Assembly (NCBI GenBank): GCA_951406725.2
Contig: OX597835.1
Location: 45,508,001-45,572,000, forward strand
From: Octopus vulgaris
Taxonomy: Eukaryota
Direction: 5' to 3'
Length of the DNA: 64,000 nucleotides
Made by a program: the position numbers and the translations under genes. The notes below the pieces were generated by a model, which was not told the origin of the DNA, ran no database searches, and saw only the letters and a list, made by a program, of their open reading frames with translations. This document shows positions 13,883-26,745 of this stretch, piece after piece (within the stretch, counting starts at the first letter, position 1; the number at the start of each line of letters is the position of its first letter).

Positions 13883-14642
13883 TTTCGTATATTATAATCA
13901 TTCAAATAGTTATGGTCTCTGCCTTTTTACAAATGATAATAGCAAGAGACAGAGAGAAGTATATTTGAGAAGACCGAAGAATATCGCAATCACTCTAAGA
14001 AACGGGGAAGCGGGGACCACACCACACGAAAAAAAGAAACACTAAGCTGTACAAAAAACTAAACGCATACAAATATTCATACATACATAGATACACGCAT
14101 ACACACACCTGTATACTTGCAACGCACACACATATATGTGGTTGTGTGTGTATGCGTGTGTATACATGCATACTCCACCTCATTCCTTTATATCGATCAT
14201 TGCCATCAAATTATCTCTTCTCTCTTCTACATTAGCTGTTGTGTTGCGATCGTTGTTGTGTTTCTTTTTATTTTGTTAACATTAGTGTTGTCGGCGAAGG
14301 TGGTGTTGTTGCTGTTGTGGTCGAGGCTTTTGTTGTTGTTGTTGAATTGGGTCCTTTCATCACATCTGTTTTGGCTGTCATTTTTCCTTCTCCCCATCAA
14401 ACTGCATTAATTTCAACGCAATATCTACTACGACAAGCTTGCAATTTTCCTAAGCCATTCTCAGTTGTTAATCTTGCAGAGAACGAGGGTTTGTTGCCAA
14501 CGAAATACATACAATACTCTATGTAGTTCATGCATGTACGTATGTATATCTTTATCTACTTCTTTCTATCAATCTCTTTGTGTCTTTTCCATCGTCCTTT
14601 TTCTTCCTCGTCTCTTTCTCTCCTTCTATTTACCTATATATG

Positions 14643-14702
<60 letters not shown>

Positions 14703-14875
14703 TGTATGTGTGCACACGCGCGGGCATGTGTGTGCGCGAATAGATGTATCTGCTTGCATCTATACGAACAGCGCTGTAGAAAATTTCATAGATAATGACA
14801 AGTCATACTTCAACAGACCCACAGGAGAAGGTATATATGGAAATATACGTGACTGTGTGCTTCTATGTATGTATG

Positions 14876-14977
<102 letters not shown>

Positions 14978-15006
14978 TGGTTACATACATATATATATAT
15001 ATATAC

Positions 15007-15085
<79 letters not shown>

Positions 15086-15137
15086 GTATATATATATATA
15101 TATGTATATATGTATATATGTATGTATATGTATATAT

Positions 15138-15177
<40 letters not shown>

Positions 15178-15580
15178 GCGTGGAGATGTTGATACACATA
15201 GATCTTACTTTTCATGTACAGAAATATGTTTGTGCATTGTATATATGCTGATGTATATGTGAATTGAATAATACTTTCAAATGAGATTTAACTAGATAAC
15301 ATAATTAGAATGGAAGCATTGAATAAAAGGAATATAAATTCTTTTGAATGGCGAATGGAGTATGTTAAACAGAAATTTATGTAAGAAAATACATTGATTT
15401 CTTTCCCAAACACGCAGGCACAAACATGTCTTCTCTCACTAATTCCGGTATGTATATATAGATATATATATATATATATATATATATCTATTTGTATGTT
15501 GGTATACGTATAAGTATGTATGAGTGTGTGAGTGTGTGAGTGTCTGTTTGTGGTGTGTGTATGTTTCTGCTTGTTTGTAC

Positions 15581-15611
<31 letters not shown>

Positions 15612-15703
15612 TGTGTGTGTATTGTACTAAAATGTAGATACAGCTGAAAATTTCAATGCAGTACACAATGCAAAGAGATTATTGTGTTATTTGCTTGTTT
15701 TTC

Positions 15704-15738
<35 letters not shown>

Positions 15739-15908
15739 GGTAACAGTTGCCAGCACAATTGTAATTATTTCGTACTTCGCACTGTATCGTGTCAAATGTC
15801 TTTGGCTCGTGACACTGGAAGGAATCAACGTCGTAAAAGCTCCAGCTGCAAAGAATCGCCTACACTATCTATCTATTTATCTATCTATCTGTCTATCTAC
15901 CTACCTAC

Positions 15909-15966
<58 letters not shown>

Positions 15967-16351
15967 CTCTTTTTCTCTCCCCCCTCTCTCTCTATATATA
16001 TATGTACATACATAAATATATATATACATATAAATACATATACATATATATAATTATGTATATATACATATATATATACATAAATACCTACATATACATA
16101 TATATGTTACATATACATACATATACATATATATATGTATCTGTGTGTGTGTCTGTGTGTCTGTGTGTGTGTGTATGTATGTATATATATATGTATATAT
16201 ATATATATATATAAATACATGTACATATATATATATGTGCATGTATATATATATAATTACGTATATATACATATATATATATATACATAAATGCATTCAT
16301 ATACATATATATGTTTATATAAATACATACATATACATATATATGTGTCTG

Positions 16352-16384
<33 letters not shown>

Positions 16385-16489
16385 ATGCATATTTATCGAT
16401 ATATTTAGACCTATCTGCATATTCACTGATATGTGACAGTTATCCCTCTTTATGTTTTATACAATCTTTGATGATTTGTAAATGTATTC

Positions 16490-16869
16490 TTACTGTGAGG
16501 TAATTCCTTGCGCGTTTCAAGTTTTCATCAATGAAACTCGCGTGAAATAAACCTTAAATCTTATTTCCATAATTGTTTTTCAATTGAGTTACTCCGTTCA
16601 AAATGAAGAAGTTTTAAGAGTAGAAGAAATTTCGACTAATCCGTATATTTTTCGTCACGAGTGTGTATTTCGCAACACAATCAATTACAGTCACTTGTAG
16701 ACATTTTTTATATATCGTTCACATACCTAACAACCGTTCAAAAAATGAATGAGTCAATTCCATGTGGACTTAAATCTGTGATTGATAGAAAACTGGACCA
16801 ATTCCCCATCATATAATAGAAATTCCATTTGACTATTGTGAATCTCCATTATTTTGGCGAAACCCTGTA
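16490..16869 (-). mobile_element. Possible Tc1/mariner-superfamily 5' remnant
   Basis: Minus strand starts TAcagggtttcgccaaaa (TA+CAGGGT terminus, like the MITE at 43442); the opposite TIR was not found. Confidence 0.35.
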
Positions 16870-17096
16870 TATAAAGAGAAGGATAGAGAGAGAGAGAAAA
16901 TCAAAAGAAGAAGAAAGAGATGGGAGAGGGAAAGAGAGAGAGAGAAAAGTGGAGAGAGAGAGAGAAAAGTAGAGAGAGAGAGAGAGAGAGAGACAGAAGT
17001 GGTTGAAGGAGGGACGGAGTGTGATTTCTGAATATTTCTTTTCATGTTTCATCTCATGCATACATAAGATATCAATGTTTCTCTTCCTATACATAG

Positions 17097-17186
<90 letters not shown>

Positions 17187-17217
17187 GCACACACACAGAT
17201 AGAGATAGAGAGAGAGT

Positions 17218-17291
<74 letters not shown>

Positions 17292-18072
17292 CGGATAGAT
17301 AATTTCTCTTTATCAATCTCTTTCACGCCTGGATCGCTGTTTCGTAGGGTTGTTCTTATTTATCTATATTAACAAATTTCGATATTCCATTTCTGTGGCC
17401 AATATATTATTGATAAATTTATTTATCTATTTTCCATTACTGTTATGCAATTCGATCTCTCTGTCGTAAACACGTACGTACTTATCAGTTTCCTGATAAG
17501 GAGTTTCATCGTTCGCTTCTTCCACATTGGCCAAAAATCTGTATAACGATACCACAGCTCCACTGATAAAATTATCAAATCAATGTTATTCTGTTATTAT
17601 ATCAGGAACATATAAAGTTGCTGGTGTAATAATGTCATCGCTGACTGGTGCCGTATACAATTATCCCGGCATATATGTTGCCGAAATTTCTTCTCCACCT
17701 AATTCCAGCTAATATGCCATGATGTGAACAGGACACATAACACTGGCAGCATGGTATCCTATAAGCTGGATTTATTGTAAAGAAATCCCCGCTTTCAGAA
17801 GTACAGGGAATATCATAATACACATACACTATGTGTATATTGGAGAAATAAAATAAAGAAATGAGAAATGATGGATAAATGTCGCTTCACTACAACTGTT
17901 TCTGACGAGATTGTTTAATACACTAATGAGTACATTACATTCGAAGTAACAAAAATGCTTTCTTCAGATGCTACATAACTATCTCAAACAACATAAAAAC
18001 AAAACCAGACAATAGCGCGTGAACTAAACCTGATTCAAATCAAGGCTGATATATATGTGAATTGAATATATA

Positions 18073-18103
<31 letters not shown>

Positions 18104-18107
<4 letters not shown>

Positions 18108-18622
18108 ATTATAGATGTATCCCAGACTGATCCGTTTCTACCTCTTTCTAGCAAAACATACAGAATATGTTTGCCCAAGCAATATTCGTCAGTGGGTAGC
18201 CTTCTAAATCCTAGATGCACAGAGCGTTAGAGCACGTGTAGCTCTAACGGTTTGTAAATCTTAACTTTCCAAACCTCCGCGCAGACGCAAAACATACCCG
18301 GCGGCCGAGAGCATGCCGGTAAAAAACATTACGAACAATTTAGAAGGCTACCACTGACGAACCTTGCCTGGGAAAACATATTTTGTATGTTTTGCTAGAA
18401 AGAGGTAGATAGATCAGTCTGGAATACATCTATAATGGTAAATGTTTTGATTTTCATTCCTTTGATGAATTTATCCCTCTTTGTGTTTCTAGCACTTGCT
18501 TCCTTATTTGGGAGCCTTTATTATATTTCTATACGAAAAATATATTGTCTAATGACTAATTCGTCTTTTGTGCTAGGCCACTGGTAATAATAACTTATGT
18601 CATTACCCTTTTTAATTATGTT
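18104..18622. mobile_element. Fold-back pLTR-like mini-element in (TA)n: arms 18104-18209 / 18338-18440, 128-bp spacer, tail to ~18622
   Basis: taccattatagatgtat...ccttctaaat is the reverse complement of atttagaagg...atacatctataatggta; (TA)n on both sides. Confidence 0.78.
18121..18196 (-). ncRNA. Type I hammerhead ribozyme motif (left arm; degraded mirror copy at 18351-18423 +)
   Basis: Minus strand: CCCA-CUGACGA-[stem II region]-GAAA-CGGAUCAG-UC-UGGG; stem I CCCA/UGGG, near-palindromic stem III, GUC triplet; right arm shows the ACCU/AGGU stem II pairing. Confidence 0.62.
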
Positions 18623-18636
18623 TATATATATAACTT

Positions 18637-18673
<37 letters not shown>

Positions 18674-19495
18674 TTGACTGAGTGTGTGTGTGTATTATTA
18701 TGCGCATACTAGTTCTCCCAGGTATACTCAATCCTGGCATAATGCCAACTGAGAAAATCCCAGCTACTGGGTATTTAGCATGTCATCTTAGAAACTGTAA
18801 GTACAAGCCCTAGCGGCGTTGTGAGTGACTTCAAGAAAAAAAATGTAGTTACGGAAAGCTGTAGACGAAATGAAAGGATGGTTTCCCTCAGACAGTCAGG
18901 TACTTTCTTTGAAAGCTTTCTGTCAAATCCGGGATGTGTGGAGCAATAAATTACTATAAGGCGACTCATCTAGGAGAAGGCCTCTTCAATGTAAAAGGTA
19001 TAGATTTTGCGTTGCTGTTCATCGGATCCATCTTAGATTTTTTAACGCCCCGTGACCAAAGTTGCGCATCGGAAAACTGGAATCAGATTGCTTTAAAACT
19101 ACTAAACTGAGACAGAAAAAGAAACCTCTGTAGTGTTAAGTTTTAGTAAACGTCACTTGAGGGCGTGCATCTCCTCCTCAATATATTGTAACACGCAGAA
19201 AATAACAGAGCCACCGCCAACACCACCATCATCACACTGACCACCACCACTTTCATCATCATCATCACTATAATCATCATCACCACCACCACCACCACCA
19301 CCACCACCACTACCACCACCATCATCATCACCATCATCATCATCATCCACATCATCATCATCCTCAACCTCATCATCATCATCATCATTTATGCAATATA
19401 TAACGTATAGATGTGCATGGGTGCGTAACTAGGTGTATATATGTTCTGAATACTCGTTTTTTATTTGAAATATAAGCAGTATGTATACATACACA

Positions 19496-19901
19496 GGAGT
19501 GGCTGTTTGGTAAGTAGCTTGCTAACCAACCACATGGTTCCGGGTTCAGTCCCACTGCGTGGCATCTTGGGCACGTGTCTTCTGCTATAGCCCCGGGCCG
19601 ACCAATGCCTTGTGAGTGGATTTGGTAGACGGAAACTGAAAGAAGCCTGTCGTATATATGTATATATATATAAGTGTGTGTGAATATGTTTGTGTGTCTG
19701 TGTTTGTTCCCCTAGCATTGCTTGACAACCGATGCTGGTGTGTGTCTAGGTCCCCGTCACTTAGCGGTTCGGCAAAAGAGACCGATATAATAAGTACTGG
19801 GTTAACAAAGAATAAGTCCTGGGGTCGATTTGATCGACTAAAGGCGGTGCTCCAGCATGGCCGCAGTCAAATGACTGAAACAAGTAAAAAGAGTAAAAAG
19901 A
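19496..19901 (+). mobile_element. SINE family B, full-length (tRNA-like head, CORE-like segment, internal (TA)/(TG) tract)
   Basis: ggagtggctgtttggtaag (A box), gggttcagtccc (B box-like), cttgggcacgtgtcttct, 3' gtcaaatgactgaaacaagtaaaaagagtaaaaag; other copies at 27266, 29657, 63941. Confidence 0.85.
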
Positions 19902-19909
19902 GATACACA

Positions 19910-19956
<47 letters not shown>

Positions 19957-20426
19957 TCTGTCTATCTGTATATATATATATATATACGTTTAAATATTTG
20001 TTGTGCAAGATTTTTTATGTGAAGTCGTGTGTTGAAACAGATATTGTTATATTTCGGAATGGTCATATTGCCAGTTTAGCCAATAAAAACACACGCACTA
20101 TATATTTGGTGTTATTTTGCTTCAGTGATATTTATTTTTTACATTAATCTTAATCTTATTTCGGCCAAAGTTCTTTCGTCACACTCCTGTGACCGCATCA
20201 GTGGTCCTTTGTTTTCTTCTCACTTACTTGTGTCTCTCCTTACTAACCGTCAGCCATTTTGTATTTCTATTGTATGTCTTCATTTGCGCATGCTTATATC
20301 TCTATGTGCGTCTATGTTTATTTAGTGTGTGTGTGGGGGGATGCCTGTAATATTTGTATCTTCTGGTTATATACATTCTTGTAATTTGTATTTTGTTTTT
20401 GTTGTTGTTGCTTTTGTTCTAATTCT

Positions 20427-21101
20427 TAGTTTGATAATATATTATGTAATGATAGGAATGGGATTTGCCCACTCTATAGGAACAAGTCATGGAACACTAT
20501 AGAAAGGACAAAAAAGAAAATAGGGAAGGCCAACTCTTGGTATGATAGCCATAAATACCAGAGTGTCATGTTCGTTGACACCACCCCTGGAGGTGAACTA
20601 GCGTACCGCTTTAGAAGGACCCTAGATAAACTTAAACTAAGAATTAAGGTTGTTGAAAAGCCAGGCAACCCTATCAGATCTATAATTGGTAGAAGCTATC
20701 CTTTTAGTAGAACTCTCTGTACGGATAACTATTGCACTGTATGTAGATTTAGCCCACAAACGAACTGTAAAGCCAGAAATGTGGTCTATAGTATAAGATG
20801 TATAGAGGGACGATGCAGTAACAAGACAGTAACATACGTAGGGGAAACTGCAAGAAGCATTGGTGAGCGGGTGAATGAACATTGGAGACAACTCAAGGAA
20901 GGTAAAAGCTCATCGATTCTGTACCAACACGCCGAACAAGAACACGGGGGATCAATCAATAACATAGAGATTAAGATATTGTCCACACATAGAACAGATG
21001 CAACAATTAGACAAATTACAGAAGCTACACATATAATAGAAAATAAACCTAGCCTGAATAGAAAACTAGAATGGAGCAATAGCGCACACCACAACATATG
21101 A
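20427..21101 (+). CDS. C-terminal part of PLE polyprotein: linker, Cys-rich motif and GIY-YIG endonuclease (5'-truncated, RT absent)
   Basis: Frame is open ~45 codons upstream of 20568 (..PLYRNKSWNTIERTKKK..WY..SVMFVDTTPGGELA); C-x4-C-x2-C-x7-C; NVVYSIRC..C..YVGETARSIGERVNEH..LYQH..EH..RQITEATHI..PSLN. Confidence 0.9.
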
Positions 21102-21611
21102 CAATAGTGGATCCTGCAAACATAATAAATACACAGGTAATTAAAGAAATAGAAATGAATATCTATATATATGTATATGTGTATATATATGTATATGTAT
21201 ATGTGTATATATGTGTGTATATATGTATATATATATATATGTATATGTATATGTATGTATATATATATATGTATATGTATATTCTTTTTTTTTTTTTTCG
21301 ATTAGATTTATTATTATTATTACTAATATTGTTGTTATACATACATACAAGCATATGTAATGATAATAATGGGTGGATGTAAACACATGTACAAAATTAG
21401 AACAAAAGCAACAACAACAAAAACAAAATACAAATTACAAGAATGTATATAACCAGAAGATACAAATATTACAGGCATCCCCCCACACACACACTAAATA
21501 AACATAGACGCACATAGAGATATAAGCATGCGCAAATGAAGACATACAATAGAAATACAAAATGGCTGACGGTTAGTAAGGAGAGACACAAGTAAGTGAG
21601 AAGAAAACAAA

Positions 21612-21656
21612 GGACCACTGATGCGGTCACAGGAGTGTGACGAAAGAACTTTGGCC
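21612..21656 (+). ncRNA. Variant minimal hammerhead motif in the pLTR (mirror at 20163-20207 -, third copy 30470-30513 -)
   Basis: GGACCA-CUGAUGCG-GUCAC(AGGAGU)GUGAC-GAAA-GAAC-UU-UGGCC; the core deviates from CUGANGA; the 30.5-kb copy has a CUC triplet. Confidence 0.55.
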
Positions 21657-21770
21657 GAAATAAGATTAAGATTAATGTAAAAAATAAATATCACTGAAGC
21701 AAAATAACACCAAATATATAGTGCGTGTGTTTTTATTGGCTAAACTGGCAATATGACCATTCCGAAATAT

Positions 21771-21828
<58 letters not shown>

Positions 21829-21831
<3 letters not shown>

Positions 21832-23173
21832 ACTTTACTTTGATACTTTGATAGGTCTTGGCCATGTCAAACTTAATAGCACCACCTGGCGGAGTCATTC
21901 AGATAAGAATTCGGACACCACGGCCCATTCAAGTAGAGAGTTATTATTTACGGAGACATATCCGGTTGTTGCAGGTTTATCCGGGTTTTCTTGAAGGAAT
22001 TTCTCTAAAGACCTCTTGAACTGTATAGGGTCTGTTTCTGTTTAAATATGTATTAATGTAATGTTAAAGAGAACGGGACCAGCTCCTTATGAGAGCTCAA
22101 AATCTCTTGTGGAAGCGCCATCCAACCAAAATGCAAATATATGGGAAACTACCACCTGTGTCATCTCTTGTGAAAGGTAAGAGAGTCCAGTTTGCTGGAC
22201 ATTGTTGTAGAGCTGAAAAAGAGGTAATTTCTACTCTTCTCCTCTGGATGCCATCTACTCGCAATACCAGAGGGCGCACACTCTCCTACCCTGATGTAAT
22301 CTTCAGGGATACATGCATCCAGCAACAGGACCTCCGTAATGCCATCATGGACCGTGAAGTCTGGCGTAGCATGGTAAATTCCATTGTCTCGACCACGGTC
22401 GAACAATGATGATGATGATGAGGCAAAATAATTGTGCCGTATTGTTATAACGAGATGCGAGTGTGATTTATGTTGTGGACGGATAGTATGGGACCGAAGC
22501 CTCGAGTGTACAGTAAAGGCGATGCCAACAATTTCAAGTCAGACGATTTAGCCATCACGGCGACGTTGGAGAAAGGAAAGATTGAGATTTTCTGTTTGAC
22601 CCCAATAGTCAAAACCTTTCATGCCATCTATCATTTTGTAATTGGCTTTTGGATCGCTTTAGCTTTCATTATACATGGCTTCGTGTAGGGAGACCACATT
22701 TGACAACGGTATCCAGGGTAGGTTCGGGCAAAAGGGGAGAAGAGAAGGATAATGGTGTGGATGTCACTCGACTGGAAAGTTCTGAGAATCCAGGAGCACA
22801 TTCTCCGGGTCATGTTGACTTGTGCTGTTTATGTGAGTAGCTCAGCTTATGTTATCTAAAATTACTCATAAATTGCCGATGTTGCTGGATGCCACGAGAG
22901 TGTTACCTAAGGGAAGGGATTATTGGAGTTTCAGGGTAACCCCATTTCCGAGGTGGCTATACTGAAATTTGCCCTCGTTCAACACCATATTGTCCTTTTC
23001 CACCCATTGGATGACAGCCAGTATGTCAGACTGAAAACATGTCCGGTCACCAGCTTCATCGATGACCATCAGGAGCTTCGAATCATCTGCAAAAATTCTT
23101 ATGTTCCCGAGCTTGATGATGTCAGTAATGTCATTAATGGAGACGATGATAATAAGCGGGCCCAAAGCAGTGC
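21829..23173 (-). mobile_element. CR1/L2-like LINE, 5'-truncated 3' portion, interrupted by an RTE insertion
   Basis: ORF 22920-23180 TALGPLIIIVSINDI..IRIFADDSKL..QSDI..QW..NMVLNEGKFQ (RT motifs); C-terminus ..FKRSLEKFLQENPDKP..NNNSLLEW near 21930-22080. Confidence 0.85.
22081..22421 (+). mobile_element. RTE-clade LINE 3' fragment with (GAT)n tail, nested in the CR1-like element
   Basis: ORF 22089-22409 ..W..HPTK..IYGKLPPVS..KRVQFAGHCCR..LLLW.P..RGR..L..A.MDREVWR; tgatgatgatga tail. Confidence 0.85.
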
Positions 23174-23266
23174 TGGTCATTCGTGGTAACTTTGGCTAAA
23201 TATATATATGTGTGTATGTGTGTGTGTGTGTGTGTATTAAAACTGGAACGTGGAAATTATATATTA

Positions 23267-23641
23267 CTAGCAATATCGCCCGGTGTTGCTCGGGTTTGTA
23301 AGGGAAATAACTATAAAGCATTTCTAGAGAGTTATAGCCAAAAAATAGCAAAAAAATGGGAAAAAAATGATGGTAATTTTTTTTTTTGAGAGTTAAAAAG
23401 GTCGAGTTGCGTCTGTGGTTTGTGTTTCTGATTCTCGACCCCATGTCGAATTTATCGATTTTTTTTCAGAACTGGGGGAACTTTTCAAAATTTTCGCTGA
23501 GTTAGTTTTGAATTATGACATTGGGCTATGTGTGTGTCAAGTTTCATCAGAATCGGTTGAAAGCCGTGGTCAGGGTGAGGGTAAAACCTAACAGACACAC
23601 AGACACGCAGACAGACAAACTGCCGTTTATATAGAGAGAGA
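23267..23641 (-). mobile_element. Non-autonomous Helitron (375 bp)
   Basis: Minus strand: 5' A|TCTCTC.. start with (GTCT)n, subterminal hairpin cccgagcaacaccggg ~12 nt before the 3' CTAG|T end; inserted between A and T with no TSD. Confidence 0.88.
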
Positions 23642-23972
23642 TCCGTTGCCGGTGTTCCGTTTGCTAATAATTATTACAAAGATTTACATACTATATATAT
23701 ATACATACCTACATCTATATGTATATATACATGCTTATATGAGTACAGGACACCACAAATAACCGTAGAACACAACGAGAACGAAAACATAAAGTCAAAC
23801 AAGGAAACGGACTTTTTTTAACAAATGAAAAAACAGAGTACAAGACAAACAATACAAGAAATATTCCCCCTCATCAGCTCCCCTGTTTCGACTCAATGCG
23901 TATTTATTAAATTGTTATTATATGATTGAACGCTACGCGTCGTTTTCTTCATCTCCAAGTAAGTATTTATAC

Positions 23973-24032
<60 letters not shown>

Positions 24033-24036
<4 letters not shown>

Positions 24037-24329
24037 CCAATTAAGGACTGAACACGAAAAGTGGACAGTCAACATGCTAGATATAGACGTCAAATCGCCA
24101 TTCTCCACAAAAGATTATGTTCTCAGATCAAACTCAACACAAAGTTGGGTTTTGTGTTGAGTTTGATCTGAGAACATAATCTTTTGTGGAGAATACGATT
24201 TGACGTCTATATCTATGTTGACTGTACTTTTCGTGTTCTAATTGGTATATATAAATATTTTAATCTTCGGATTCTTTTTTAATATGCTAGACCACTGGTC
24301 TTAATTGATAAATATCAATACCCTTAATT

Positions 24330-24335
<6 letters not shown>
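24033..24335. mobile_element. Fold-back pLTR-like mini-element in (TA)n: arms ~24033-24143 / 24151-24249, 7-nt loop, tail to ~24335
   Basis: The central ~45 bp (attctccacaaaagattatgttctcagatcaaactcaacacaaa) is perfectly inverted; the outer right arm has several short deletions; (TA)n on both sides; no hammerhead core found. Confidence 0.72.
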
Positions 24336-24367
<32 letters not shown>

Positions 24368-24602
24368 GTTCTTCTATATGTTTGCCGTTAGTATTTACTA
24401 TTTTTTGTAGATTACTTGTATGTGAAATATGTAATACTATGATACAATGTAAATAATATAAAGCAACCAAATGAAGACTTCTGTATGGAAATAAATATAT
24501 TAATACTAACTTCGATATAAATTCACGATTCATACAGACATAAACGCGTCGCTGCATACATTGTCACATAAAGACATACAAACATACATACATGTATATG
24601 TG

Positions 24603-24638
<36 letters not shown>

Positions 24639-25173
24639 GATTTGATATACACAAAACATATAAAATGAAAAATACGTCATTTGCAATAGCGACATTTCGA
24701 ATCCGATTACGTCGCATATCGGCATTATTCTCCACCTTAACACCAACTAACACGTATACATTATACAAGTGACTTTGAAACTAAGTTCACGTTCTTCCGG
24801 AAGTTGAGGAGACATTAGACAATATAATGATAGATATACAAACAGACCAAATTGGTCGTTCGTGGTAACTTTGGCTAAATTGTAGCAAACTCTTCGTCAT
24901 AAATGAAATGAAAATGTTTCAATAAGAGACCGTAGCTAAATATTAGTTTGTACGCAAACTCATAACTTCTTTTAACCAAGGAATTATATTGGAGTTTTGG
25001 TATCAGCCTAGCGGACAGATCAATAGTATTATATTACATCTTGAGTATAAAGAGAGTGAAACATGAAAGGGTAATAAATAGACAATGTACAATAGTTTTG
25101 TTAATAATACGATTCCAGGAGGATAATGGCTCTCTGAGTTGATCGACAATGTTTAAATATATATACATGTATA

Positions 25174-25282
<109 letters not shown>

Positions 25283-25299
25283 TCGCTCTGAGATTTATC

Positions 25300-25331
<32 letters not shown>

Positions 25332-25424
25332 ATGTACTTGTGTTTGCGCGTGTGTACGTGCTTGCTGGTGTTTCTATGTAGATAGATATACGCATATACA
25401 TATATATATGCCTCTCTGTATGTG

Positions 25425-25493
<69 letters not shown>

Positions 25494-25991
25494 GTGAGTG
25501 TGTGCTTAGAGTTACTAACTTTGTAATGTTTTCCGTCAGTGTGTGATGCCGAGGTGTGGCGGTAGCGTTTTGTCTCTTGTGATCATAAGTTGGTGGTTTC
25601 CATACTCTGACTAGCCTTTCCGTGATTCCTTTAAGCGGCTACTTCATTTCAAGTTGCTTCGTTCCACCCGCATGCAATGAGTAGGAACCGGGTGCTATTG
25701 CTTCCCTCTTTCTGTGTCCAGCGATCATTATTTAGGATGTTACATTCGCTCAGCCGTGAGGTCTCTATAGCAGTATGTATATATATATAGTCCCCTTAAA
25801 TGTGCGTCAACATTGGCCGTGCCAGCAAGCCACTCCACCCGCCAATGACATGCGGCTGTATGTATAAACTCAGTGTGTGCGCTAACTAAGCAGCCCTATG
25901 ATTATAATCAAAACAGCCGTGATCAGCCATCACTTTTTCCACACATCGTTTACCTATTTCTAAATCCTGCTACGTATATGTTCTTCCTTAA

Positions 25992-26205
25992 CCCTTTAGC
26001 ATTCAGAGTATTTTCTCAAACGTTTATTAAATCAAATTCCATTGAAATATTCATGCAATATCTCGTAGCTTCGAGCGTTTAATAATAGGATTATATATAT
26101 TTTTTAAATGTCATTGTAAGGTGTGTCCAAGAGGCCGAATCTGATGTCAGCGTAAAATTTATTAGAGTAGTTGGGCTTGCCATGATCAGTTTGGATCCTA
26201 AAGGC
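25992..26205. mobile_element. piggyBac-type MITE
   Basis: TTAA at 25988-25991 and 26206-26209; imperfect TIRs ccctttagcattcaga / tttggatcctaaaggc. Confidence 0.72.
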
Positions 26206-26316
26206 TTAAGACATTCAAGGTTGCGCAAGTGCTATTACCACCGTAGTTATTGGTCCTCTCCTTGCTCACTCGTTCTGTATGTTGTATTATAAAACATGTG
26301 AATATCACCAAATCTC

Positions 26317-26745
26317 AAGGCGGTGAGTTGGCAGAAACGTTAGCACGCAGGGCGAAATGCTTAGCGATATTTCGTCTGTCACTACGTTCTGAGTTCAAAT
26401 TCGACTTTGCATTTCATCTTTCTGGGGTCGATAAATTAAGTACCAGTTACGCACGGGGAGGGGGGTCAGTGTAATCGACTTAATCCGTTTGTCTGTCCTT
26501 GTTTGTCCCCTCTGTGTTTAGCCCCTTGTGGGTAGTAAAGAAACAAGAATTATTGGCACATCAGGTAAAATGCTTAGTCTTATTCTCCCTATCTTTACGT
26601 TCTACGTTCAAATCCCGCCGAGGCTGACTTTGCATTTCATCCTTTCAGGTTCGATAAATTTATTACCAGTTTATCACTGACGTCTATGTAACCGACTAGT
26701 TCCTTTCCCTAAAATGGATGGCCTTGTGCCAAAATTTGCAACCAT
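26317..26745 (+). mobile_element. SINE family A dimer/tandem
   Basis: aaggcggtgagttggcagaaacgttagcacgc head, B box gagttcaaat, linker, second core from ~26560. Confidence 0.85.

Larger units (their letters stand above)
19986..21778 (+). mobile_element. Penelope-like retroelement, 5'-truncated, with an inverted pLTR at the 5' junction, inserted in (TA)n
   Basis: 384-bp inverted repeats 20041-20424 / 21395-21778 (no mismatch seen) flank a GIY-YIG ORF; ~55-bp extra tail on the left arm only; (TA)n on both sides. Confidence 0.92.

Noticed and set aside
17400-17830. Complex sequence with short ORFs on both strands as an exon
   Set aside because: All frames are interrupted by stops, with no clear splice pair or recognisable domain.
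23740-23900. Minus-strand GAAAC..CTGATGA near 23871-23890 as a hammerhead
   Set aside because: The two core halves are in an order and spacing that leaves no room for stems I and III, and no downstream GAAA closes stem II. It may be a pLTR remnant but is unsupported.
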